Assembly (NCBI GenBank): GCA_047495785.1 | Contig: JBLDXI010000046.1 | Location: forward strand, 1,116,001 to 1,180,000 | Length of the DNA: 64,000 nt | Reading direction: 5' to 3' | Origin: Lepidodermella squamata | Taxonomy: Eukaryota; Animalia; Gastrotricha | In this document: positions 26,103-38,109 of the stretch, piece by piece | Layout: each line of letters opens with the position of its first letter | How positions within the stretch are numbered: the first letter of the stretch is position 1 | Notes under the pieces: generated by a model | Database searches by the model: none | Seen by the model: only the letters and a program-made list of their open reading frames with translations | What the model was told of the DNA's origin: nothing | Position numbers and translations under genes: made by a program

Positions 26103-26967
26103 AATGAAAATTGGAACGCAAAACACATTTCTGGAGAGAAACTGAGGAGAATAAAAAATGCGCTTATTGAAATTTCCGTTTCTAAAAGTGAGTAAAAAAG
26201 CAGGAAATTATTAATTTTTCAATTTAATCAATTTCAATTTCAATTTAATTTTCAAATAATTAAAAATGGATTGAAATTAAGAGAAAAGGAATTTAAGGAA
26301 AAAATTTACCTGCTTTTGCATTGCCAAAATTTCTTTCTTCATTTTCTCAGCGTGTAAGAATTTGCATCCTTCGCAAAATTCTTGGTCGCAATGCTTGCAT
26401 AGCTGTGGATTTTGTGACACGGCCAGGTGAATACACCGATCTTCCGAGTCCGGTCCCGCACAAGCTTTCTTAGATGCCTTGAACGAATCAATCGCCCGGG
26501 CCAGCGGGAAATTTCGAATTAATACTACGAAAACACGAAAATTAAGATTAATCGAAAAAATAGACGACTACAACTTTTCGGGTCGCCGTTTGGAATCGCT
26601 GACATAGCTCGACATTCCGGGCATTCAACGGCGCCTATTGTTTTCGAAGCTTGGCCAATCATGTTAATGCACTTGAGGCAAAATGAATGGCCGCATGTTG
26701 GCAAATTTCTTGGGTCCAAGTAAAATTCATGGCAAATCGAGCATGATAAAGACTAGAAGAAAAAATTAGTGAAAAATATTGAAAAATTTAGAAGGTACCA
26801 ACCTTTTCCACATCGCTAATTTTCCGCTGTTTTGATGGCGGTGAGCTCATCATTCACTCTAAAAACTCTAAAAAATAAAACAAAAATGTCAAGTTTTGAA
26901 AGACAAAACTTTTAAACGAAAGGCAGTGCCATCGACAAAAACGAAATCGAAAATTCACACAAAAATG

Positions 26968-29034
26968 TTATTCGAAAATTCCTGAAAGCTCAAAAAGTTT
27001 GACAATTTCGTCACGCTTCAACGATTTTGCCAAAGCTAAAGGAGTGCAACCTTCCCGATTTTTCATGCCAGCAAGTTGCGGGTATTTTTCCAAAAGATAT
27101 TCAACACCGTGCTTCCAGTCCTCGCCAACGGCGATATGCAACAAATTTCCATCGAGATAGGACATATCAATGACGAAAGGACTGAGGCCCTTTGAAATCA
27201 GATATTTGACCGTCGGCAGACTGCCGCATCGAGCAGCTAAAACCAGCGCAGTTCTGTGATATTTATCGACAGCATTGATCGGAGAGGCGAATTCCTCCGC
27301 CAGCATTTTTACGCATTGCTCAGAGTAATTTTCTTTCGCGGCAAACAGAAGAGCTGTGTAGCCCTTGTTCACTGCAACAACGGCCTTAGCTAGAACCGGG
27401 TAATAGGACAAAACCACTCGAACAACTTCTAGCTTGTTCGCTTCGATGGCTTTGGCCAAGCCGCGTCGAACCATGTAGAATTTCCCCTTGGTTTTGTCGT
27501 AGGCTGAGATTTTGAAAAAATAATCTACAACATCAGAACGGCCTTTGGCAATGGCTTCGTAAAACATGGTTTCTGCGCCTTCGACTTGGGCTAAATGCTC
27601 GTCGAAAATCGGCGACATAAAATTCTCATCCCGCTCGGGCAATTTCGAATGCAATTCCTTGACTTCATCTAAAGTCCCGGATGAAATGGCTTTGTATAAC
27701 TGGATAATCAAAGCACATTCCTAAAAAAAAATTAAAAATTAATTTACGCCAAAATATATGAAGAAATAAACCAACTTCATCGGTTTCCTCTTCGTTTTCC
27801 CACTCATCGCTTTGTAGGCAGACATCAATTTCTTGCATTTCTTTCAAAATATTCGAAATTTTGACTTCGGCCGTAGCGCAACTAAACATATTATGCCCGA
27901 TATAGGACGAGCGTGTAGATACCTTATAGTAGAAAAAATTAATAAATGTCGCGTATTTTTTTAATGAGCAAAATTACCTTTGTCCACATTTCATCAATGA
28001 CAATTCGCGAATTCGCAATATCGTCCAGTTTCACGTCCAAAACTGATTTTGAAGCCAAATTTCGAGCTTCCGACAAAACAGTTTGATCAAGTTTGAAATC
28101 CATATTTTTCTGAATTTTTCGGCGCATTTTCTCAGCATTTTTCGATATCTCCTGCTTCCATTTCGCTTGGGCTTGGTCAATTGACTTTAAGAATTTAGCC
28201 TTCATACATTCGACGAATCGATCGACTTTTTGGTTAACGTTCTGAACGTCAGTTTCAACTTCTTCGAGGCGCGACTCGAGTTTCGTCTGATCGGTCAAAT
28301 CATTGACATGTTCCGTTATCTAAAATTTTAAAATTAATTTAAATTTTTTTTTAATTTTAAATTTGAAAAATTTGAAGAGCATTAAAATTTCAGGAAATAA
28401 AAAAAAAATTTAAGGAGGAATCTTTCAATTAATTTAAAAATTGTGAAATTAATTTTGTAAAGCCTCACTTTTTCGGTGTATTCGGCGATTTCCTTCTTCA
28501 TTTTTTCAGCATGCAAAAATCGGCAACCTTCGCAAAACTGTCGATCGCAATGCTTGCAAAATTCTGGAGCGGCTGAGACCGCCAGGTGGATACATCGATC
28601 TTTCTCCGAATTTTCCCGCGCAAAACGGGGCCGAAATTCTGTCGCATTTTCGGCTTCTTTAATCGATTCGATAGTTCGAACCAGGGGGAAATTTCGCAAT
28701 AACTCTGAAAAATCTATTAATCCTACAAAAAATGTTGAAATTTCTGTATTTTTTACTTTTCACATCGCCTTTGGGAATCGCAGAGACAACACGACATTCC
28801 GGGCATTCGACAATAGCCTTATTTGCTCGAACTTTCACGGCAAGGTGAAGACACTTCAGGCAGAAGGCGTGACCGCAAGACGGCAAATTCCGGGGATCCA
28901 AGTAGAGTTCGCAGCAGATCGAGCAAGACAGTGACTAAAATATGTTCACAATTTTTTCTGGGGATCAAAGCCGTGTTTATTCAAACCTCTTTGACATTGT
29001 TCACTTTGCGTAGCTTTGAAGGCGGAGAACTCAT
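26968..29034 (-). CDS. TRIM-ANK gene D (~567 aa)
   Basis: Exons 29034-28987, 28934-28757, 28704-28469, 28319-27978, 27922-27776 and 27720-26968. All introns are GT-AG with consistent phases (0,1,0,0,0). Confidence 0.9.
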
Positions 29035-29784
29035 TTTTCGAGGTTGACTAGTTTTTCTAGGGGCAATAAAAAGGAAAAATAATTGGGAAGACTTAAAGTG
29101 AAGTTACCAGTATTTTTTTATTTATTCACTAAATAACAGCTCATATATGAGAATGTTCAAATCAGATTTATTTGCGTTTTTCGTTTTTCGAAGCTTCGCA
29201 GTGAAATTGAATTTTTTTAATTCAGTTGATAAAATGTTGAAATAATTAATCGTCAAGACAGCCAAATTTTTACATCATAATATAATAACACTATGTTTGA
29301 TCAATTCAAGTATAAAATAAAAACGAAGTAACACACACACACACACATTTTTTACACAAAAATGTTCGGAAAATTCGTGGCCAAAATAATTAGCATTCGA
29401 ATGCTAAAAAAGTAGTGGTAAATTTCAGCTTCAATATTTAGAATGGTCATAGCATTGCTATTTACTCAAAGTTTTCATACATGAATATCCTCATTCAATC
29501 AATACAGTCGATATATCACAAACAGAAAAATTTGGCCGATTTTACAACTTTCATGTAGACATCCCTCGAAAACGCGAGAATTTCAATTCAGCATAGAGAG
29601 CAAAAAAACAAGCTAGACGCCAATGAGGTAGAAGGGCTTTCAGCCCTGTGAATCACAAAATGTAAGAACAATTGAGACAGCGCGAATTCCCCTACTAGAA
29701 TTGAAGCTAGCTCTCTACCTTTACCCAAATTGTCGCCATCTGAGGTGACGTTGTCCAATCAACCACAACCAGAGCAATTACGAT

Positions 29785-31322
29785 TCACACATGAACCAAA
29801 TAATCATGAAAATTGTTCGCTTTCAGCTGTTCAAGCTTCCTTCTGCGGGTCTCGTGAGGCGAATATCGAACTTCCAAGTCTTTCAGCTGTTGAATGGCAT
29901 CACATATATTGCGCTTGACGCGTTCGCTGCCGAGCGAAATTCGGCCCATGCGCATTGACAGCTCGTCCACCTTAAAAAAATTCAGAAATTTTCATTAAAT
30001 TAGCGTAAATAAGGTAAAAAAAGCGAAAATAATTTTCAGAATAACTAAAAACAGTGGACAATTTCCAGTGGTTGTGAAATATTTAGGAATTTTTTACTGA
30101 AAATGGTAAGGATAATTTTTTACATCAGGGTGTAAATTTTAGAGATCTCATTAGTTTTATTGAAATTTTGTTGAAATTATTTAATCGTAAAATTATTTAA
30201 AAAATAAATAGTTAGCCAAACATATTTTAATAATTCTCTGAAATTCCCTGAAAAATCCGATTTAAATTTATAATTTGTTATCTGATTTTCAGGCTTCGAA
30301 AAAATTGTTTAGTCCGAACTTATCGATAAGTAAAAAAGTAGGCTGACATTTCGAAAAAAATACCTCTTGAAAGGCGTCATCGATACGAGTTCGCATCGCA
30401 GCAATATCGTTGAGCTTGTAGTCGAGAACAGATTTCGAGGCAAGAGCTTGAAATTCATCCATCACAGTCGCGTCGAATTTGAACGACGCGTTTCTCTCCA
30501 CATCTCGTTTCATTCGATCACCAGCCGCTGTTACTTGCTGCTTGAATTTGACTCTCGCCTCATAGGCAGCAGTCGAAAATTCATGTTCGATAAAATCAAG
30601 CAAACTGTCGATTTTGGTGTTGGCCAATGCCATTTCGGCTTCGATTTCTTGAAGCCACTTGTCGTAATTTTTCTTATCGGTTAGCGCAGCAACTCGGTCG
30701 GTAACCTTTTCATTTAATTTTCAAAATAATTTTCAACACAAATTTGAGATTTATACCTTGATACGAATTTCGGTGATTTCTCGCTTCATTTTTTCGGCGT
30801 GTTTGACCTGGCAGCCCTCGCAAAATGCTTTGTTGCAGTGGTTACACTCCTCTGGCTTGGGCGAAATAGCTAAATGGATGCACAAGTCACTCTTTGACTC
30901 GTTAACGTCCTTCCAAACAAAGACAGGACAATTTTCAGGTAGCTTCAACGAATCGACAGTTCGAGCTAGCGAGATATTTCGCAGCAAAACTGCGTTGGAA
31001 AAAATTAGGATTTTTTTTGCAAAAATTGTTAAAACAAACGTTTCACGTCACTATTTGGGACTTTTGACGTGGCTCGGCATTCCGGGCATTCAACGATCGA
31101 CTTGCCATTATGGTTTTTCGTCACCTGATAAAGGCATTTCAGGCAGAACGAATGGCCACATGTCGGCAAACAACGAGGGTCGGTGAAATATTCGTGGCAA
31201 ACGAAACACGAATGAGACTGAAATCAATTGAATCAGAAGGTTAGAAAATGCAAGAAAATATTTTTTCTCACCTTTTTGACATGGCTCATTTTGTGGATTT
31301 TTCGAGGAGGCGAGCCACTCAT
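29785..31322 (-). CDS. TRIM gene E: RING, B-box-like and coiled coil only, ankyrin exon absent (truncated gene or pseudogene)
   Basis: Exons 1-5 are homologous to genes F and G (MSGSPPRKIHKMSHVKK...). Exon 5 runs into unrelated sequence and stops at 29785. No ankyrin exon before gene D. Confidence 0.6.
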
Positions 31323-33068
31323 TGCAGTTTCGATTTTAGTTAGAAATTCCATTTCAGCTCTAAAAACATAAGGTTCAACTAAAATCTGGCAAATGTTGGC
31401 AACTGACATTTTTTGTCAGCTTTCATTCGTCTGATACTTCAATTTCTCTGTAAATGGCTAAGCGATTGTTTAAATTACGTAAATTACGAACCCAATTTGA
31501 CACAGAGCAGAAAAAACCCCACTTAAAAACGACAAATATCTAAACAAACACACTTCTGGGGACATCGAAAACGTCTGCGGGGAAATTATTTTTGAAAAGG
31601 TCTGACGAATCACCAAAACTTTTGAACTTGGTTTTCTGGCGGAATTTACCCCTATATTTAGATTCCTTCAAGTTCCAAGTTTGGAGATCATCGATAATTC
31701 GCAAACAGGTAAATTCATGAAATGCATTTGAGATTCTCCACAAAATAGCAATAAAATATCGAACAATGGTTGCATGATGCACAATCAAAAAATTAGTTTG
31801 TTCGAACTCGTTAAGACAAATCGGAATGTCCCCAATTCGGACAATCCTCGGGACAATCAAAATCCGGAGTATTTCCTGCGTTATTTTTCACACACGAGAC
31901 AACCACAAGATTTGACTGGACTTCGACCTAGTTTCAGACAGACCAAATTTAGCCCGAGTTCTGTCATTAGATTTTTCTTAACCATCGGCCAATGAAATTC
32001 TGTGAACATCCGAGTAAATAATCGGGCAGCTAAAACTTGTTCTTTGAGCAAAATCGTAACAAACACGACTCACTGCGATTTTGTTAAGACTTAGCGAAAA
32101 ATGTAATAAAATGTTCCCTGAACGAAATGCAAAAAGGCGGAATGAAAATGACGAGGTATTCTCCGAATTTCATGGGCTATTCGATGGTACCAAAAAATTA
32201 CCTCTTCGGCATATCTTGCGATTTTTGTCTCCAGTTTTTCGCGGAAATCCCCGCAAAACTGATGATGGCAAAGCTTGCGAAATGGCGAAACTGCCAGTAG
32301 GTGTTTTTTGGAAGCAATCCAGCTGCTCTCTCGACTTTTTTGATCGATTCCAAGGTTCAAGCCCGGGCATACTTTCGCGATATTTTGCGATATTTTCCAT
32401 AAAAGACGTCAAAATTAAAGAGTGATCAAGCTATACTTTTCAAGCAGTCTTTCATACGGAACATTCGCCCTATTCGCAATGCATTTCAGGCCAAATTTGA
32501 AGATCCTTCTCGACAATTCCCTCTCACAGCTTGTCAAGAATATAATTTTTAGTTTAATTAATCCTGTCCTATAAAATTAGAAAAAAACCAAATTCACAAA
32601 TGTATATTTACGCTAAATAAAAGCAAAATTCAGCTGATTGATTTAAAATGACTTATTCCTATCTTGCATGAAACATAAAATTGAAACACTGCATGAAAAA
32701 GATTATTATGGCACAATTTTACGAATTTTCAGGCGTTGAACAAATTTTTCGCACCTTGATGTCCTCAATTTCTGAACCTTTCAGGGTGATGAGTTGTATT
32801 ATACACAAAAATGCGATGGCCGAAATTTACAGATCCATTTTATTCATATATAAGTGCCTTCTCTTAAAAATTTGAAAAATAATCGCTAAATTATGTTAAT
32901 AAATTGATGTGCAGATTTCAGTTCTGGATTTACAGCTTTTTACAATCATTCTGAATATTGTGTAAGGCTATATATTTTTTCATTGGGAATTATTTTCACA
33001 TATCACAATTAATTTGTACAAAAAAATAAGAAAATTCGCGATTCAATGGCACAATATATTTTTTACAA

Positions 33069-36000
33069 TTATTCGAAAACGCCATAGCGCTCGAAAATTT
33101 TGACAATTTCCGAATATTTTGACTGCGAGGCGAGAGAGAACGGCGTCATTGATTCGCGATTTTGAAGACTAGCCAGTTGAGGCTCCATTTGCAGAAAGTA
33201 CTCGACACCCTTCGGCCAATTCGCATCGACAGCCGCGTGAAGAATCGTGTTATCAAATCGCGTATAGTCGACATGCGACTTTTTCAGGCCCTTCGATATG
33301 AAATATTCAACCATTTTCAAGTTAGACGAACGGACAGCGAAAAGCAGAACTGATCGGCGAAATTTATCCGGCAACATAACTGACGCTCCGAATTCTTCAA
33401 CGAGCATTTTCGCGACCTCCAACGAGCCAGCCTTCGCGGCTAGATGAAGCGCGCTGAATCCGTTTTTCGCAATGAGCCGCTTTTTGCCCCAGTCAGGGTA
33501 GACATTTAAAATCGCCCGAACGACCTTGGTGTCATCGCGTTGAATAGCAGCGATGAGGCCCTCGCGGATCCACAGCAGCGTATCCTCAGACCTGTCTTCT
33601 TTAAGCAGGTCTAAAAAGTACGAAACAATGTCGGCGTGGCAGTTGTTAACAGCCGCCTTAAACACCGAATTTCCGCCGATTTCAGGCCACATAGTGCAGA
33701 ACAGGGTGCCTCGATTTCCGCCGAGCGGAGTTGGCATGGCTGGGAGAAGTTCTTGAACCTTTGCCAGGTCGCCTACCGCAGTCACATTGTACAAGTCCGC
33801 AATACGAGCAAGGTTCTAGAAAACATAAAAAAATATATATAAAATTATCCCAATCCCCTAATAAACTTCATAGCGCTCTTCCGTAATTTTTGTCGACTCA
33901 AACGAGTGGTAATTAGCTTCGAGGGCTTTCAAACGATCGATAGCATTCGACAGATTGCATCTGACGCGTTCGCTGCAGAACGAAATTCGGCCAATATAAG
34001 TTGAGAGCGCATCCACCTTAATAAAATTATCAAAATAATTTATGAAAATTAGGAAATAACGTAACACAGGGTAAAACAAAGGTAGGCTTTTCAGGTTATT
34101 AAATTTGCATGGATGAAAATGGTCGATTTTCAGGAAAGGTTGGTTCCTATAAAAGTAACACCTTTTTCATTTATTCAAAGAAAAATCGCGTGAAAATCGA
34201 ATAATTATTTTTGAAAATGTTGGGTGTGCACTTGGAAAACTCAAAAAATTAATCAATCACAATTATTTTTTACAAGCGATCCGAATTTTAATAAACGAAT
34301 ATTTGAAACTCAGTTCCAATTTAGCAAAAAGGCTTGAAATTGCCTTAAAAATAAAAATAAAAATAAAAAAAGTCTTAAAATTCGCAACAAATTATGAAAC
34401 ACCCTATACCCACCTTTGGCTCAAAATTCAGAATTTTTTTCAAATCAATGTTTTGCCCTATGTTACGGTATTTGATATTTGATAGAATCTTACATCGCTA
34501 AAGATTTCATCGATACGAGTTCGCATCTCCGCAATATCGTTCAGCTTGCAATCGAGAACAGATTTCGAAGCGAGGGCTTTGAAATCTTGTAGAACGGTCG
34601 CGTCAAATTGAAACGTCGTATTTTTCTCCGCCGATTGCTTCATTTGGTCGCCAGCCTCTGCAACCTGACCCGCCAATTTCGCCCGCGTTGCAGACATGGC
34701 TGTCGTGAATTCACTCTGAATAGAGTTGAAAAACTTTTCAATCTTTTCATTAGCAAGTGCCATTTGAGAATCGATTTCTTGCAGCCAGACTTCGTAGTTT
34801 TTCTTATCAGTAAGCGCTGCCACGTGTTCGGTCACCTTACAGGATATAAAGTAGGAGTTAAAACCCTTTGAAATGGGATCACAGGTGGTTCATTCTTTCT
34901 GAAATCATCGAATTTTTCATCAGCATTTTTGGCCCCCAATTTTTCGACGACATTCCTGAGCTGTTTTTATCTGCGGCGAACTTTGTCGAAATATCAGGGA
35001 CATCATCCTTAAAGACCAATTTGAAACAAACCTTGATTTCTCACGATTTCTCACTATTTTGATAGCCGTGCACTGACTCCTCAAAATTCCAAAAAATCCC
35101 TAAAAATTAAAATGAAAATTTTTCATTAATTTTGACGTGGTGAGAAATAATTTTATATAATTAATGAATTTCAGCGCGCTTCATTTAAATTAGGCATATG
35201 CTAATGAGCTGCCCAACAAATTTACCCAAATTATTATGAAATTGAGAAATTCTTGAAATTTTTGCAACCACCGCCAAAACCCTGAAAAATTCCTATTTGT
35301 TTATACGTTTTCCGATTTTCTTAACCCCAAAAAACACGAAGCTAAGAAAACAATTAAGCTTCAATCCTGCAATTTTTAGGTTCGAGTTAAACTGAAAAAA
35401 TGACCCTGTTAAAGGGTTATGGTTAAGGTTATACTCAGTTTTCAGTTTTCGACCTGTTTTTTAGTTAAAAATTATTGATAATAATGAAAAATTCGATGAT
35501 TCATCGGTTTCCCTGAAAAGAATGATTTCAGCTTGGAAGTACTTTGTGCAATCGAAAGAAGAAAATTCGAAATCGAAGTCATAACCTTTCAACGTGGTGG
35601 CGAAGTTTTGGGATTTTTCGGAGAGTTGAGCCTTGAGCCACTACTCATCGTACAGTTAGTGTTAATAGAAATTTAACAAGACATATAAAAAAGTTTCTCC
35701 ATTTCTATATAATACCAAACGAAAACAATCAAAGTGAGCTACTGATTTTCTTTGATATTATATTTACCAGTCGATTATTCATATAGCCCCAGCGATTTTT
35801 CTCAGATTTATAAAGTCAAAGCCTATAATCGCAATGGAAGTATTGAGCTTGTTTCCGAATTAGGAACCTATTAAAAATTCAACCTTGAACTAGGAAATTC
35901 GCCAGAATTATCCGCTGAATTAAAGTAAGGAATAGTCAAATCAATAGGAAATCAGACCTGGTCACTGATCGCGGCGATTTCCTTCTTCAACTTTTCAGCA

Positions 36001-36530
36001 TGCTTGACCTGGCAGCCCTCGCAAAATGATTTATCACAGTGTTTACATTCCTCCGGGTTCGGCGAAACAGCCAGGTGGATGCAGGCATCGTTCAGCGACT
36101 CGTCCTCTGCCGTCCACGCGTAACCGGACGCCTTTTCTGGGTCTTTCAACGATTCGATCGTTCGAGCTAGAGAAATATTTCGCAGCAAGACTATGAGATA
36201 GGAAAATAATTTATCAAAAATTCAATAAATCAAAGCGAATACATTTGACGTCCCCGTTTGGAATTTTTGAAATGGCTCGACACTCCGGGCATTCGATTGT
36301 CGACCTGTCTGTGCGACTTTTGACGACGTAATGAAGGCATTTCAAGCAGAATGAATGGCCACACGTCGGCAAAAAACGCGGGTCGATGTAATACTCTTGG
36401 CATACAGGGCAAGAATGTGACTGAAAAATTGTAGATAATGCATATATGAGGGTAATATTCAGCGCTCGAGTCATACTCTTTCGACGTGGCTTAGTTTTTG
36501 AATTTTTCGAAGAGGAGAATCACCCATCAT
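33069..36530 (-). CDS. TRIM-ANK gene F
   Basis: MMGDSPLRKIQKLSHVER; RING ORF 36214..36474; B-box 35952..36188; intron 3 34836-35957; coiled coil 34458..34835; exon 5 within 33858..34079; ankyrin ORF 33069..33794. Confidence 0.85.
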
Positions 36531-38109
36531 TATTAGTAAGCATTAGCTAAAATTAATATAAGACGGCGTCCTAATAATTATATTTAGCTATCAAAACACG
36601 GGTACCTAAATTTTGGACCACCAGAAAAAAAACCGAATTTTTCAATTCAATTTTTTTTTAAATTAAACCTTCATAGGCGAGTCTAAAATCACTTCTCGGC
36701 CGTTGTATAAGCCAATGAGCGTCCCAAATTGCCTGTTAATGGTCGAAATAAGAATGATATTGCCAAAAATTAGAGAAGTCTAAAAAATCTCAAAATTTGC
36801 GATAAAATCAGGAAAAATCCAACGAGTTGGGATTATTAAGGCAGATAGCCGTGCTAAAGAACGCCGCCACTAAAAAATAACAGATAAAGCGGATTCGTGA
36901 AATATTAAATGGAAAATCCGTGACATAATTTTCTGCCCAAATTTTGTCAGTGGCGACGACGTACGAAGAAGCACCCAGGTCACGGATTCACGGATTTTGA
37001 GACCGCCCGCACGAAATGTAAACAAATGCTATTTACGATTAGTCTTAAGGAGGCTGCGAACAATGGTTTCTCGTATGTGAATCTCTTCACCATTGTTCAA
37101 GGTTTTATTGCTTTTCTTGCGGACGGTCATCATTTTCTTGACCATTTTAATAGATTGATTTTGATTTTGATTGATAAGTATTCAATTTTTCAGAGTTAGG
37201 TGCGAGACAGGAAGATAAATAATTCAATAAATAAGCTGTGAATTGGAATAGAATTTCTCCATGAAAAATTGTATTACAGAGCAATATTAATTTGATTTAA
37301 GAGTCCCGCAAAATAAACGGAGCCCGCGATATATGAAAAACAAGACAATCCTAAAAATTCCGAATTATTGTAATCTGATTCGCCGAAACCATAATGCATT
37401 AAAGGTGAATAAAAATGGTTTAATAGCTCCCCCTTAAGGCGAATTTCTCTCTCAGGTTCACATAATATAGAATACTCAATGAATTGAATACGCTGACTAT
37501 CAGAATAGCGGAAAGTTCGACCTAGTGCGCATTGCGCATCAGGACAATATGAGACAAATGCTTACGTAACCTCCTACAATCGGAATCTTACGCAATACTA
37601 CTGCTGCCACACGCAAATAAAGTAATTTGGATTAACGAAGGACATGGATTATCGAGCGCATTTGAAAAATAACTTCAATTATCAAGGCATGGCGAAAACA
37701 AAGCCTTTATTCATCGTTTTTACACGACAGAGAACCGCGGTCATGTGGATGGACACCGGACTGGGCCAAATTTTTGCCCGAGCCTCGAAATACAAACAAA
37801 TCAAGCCCGATCTCTGCATCGAAACAATGATAAATGGAACGCGATAATGAATTTTGGCTTGTTAGGCTCGTGCCCGCAATGTTTTCAGCAAAAAATCGGG
37901 GTGGTCCTGTGTCCTTCCACATAAAATATACGTCACATGGCAATGGTAACGCCGTTCCCAGTTCAAGGCAAAATGTTAAGACGAATTTCGATCATCTACG
38001 CAGCTGGGCAATTTTCAAAAAAATGAAACATCAAATATCCATTTTTCATGCTTCAATTGAACGAGTTTTTCTCATATTTTTATCGTGATTTCGATGAGAA
38101 CGATAGGAA

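Larger units (their letters stand above)
20771..26853 (-). pseudogene. TRIM-ANK gene C with a 4.2-kb intron 3 and a 1-nt frameshift in the ankyrin exon
   Basis: NLS, RING and B-box exons at 26853-26310; intron 22112-26309; coiled-coil exon from 22111; ankyrin exon ends 20771. At ~21365 there are 11 nt where paralogue H has 12 nt. Confidence 0.75.

Noticed and set aside
29330-29347. (CA)n microsatellite; also (AGATG)n at ~10333-10358
   Set aside because: Ordinary short simple repeats.
31540-32875. Cluster of short ORFs between genes F and E
   Set aside because: No recognisable motifs or consistent splice model; probably repeat-derived.
37046-37440. Possible Kolobok-like MITE (TTAAGG...CCTTAA)
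   Set aside because: Terminal match is too short and there is no second copy in the window.
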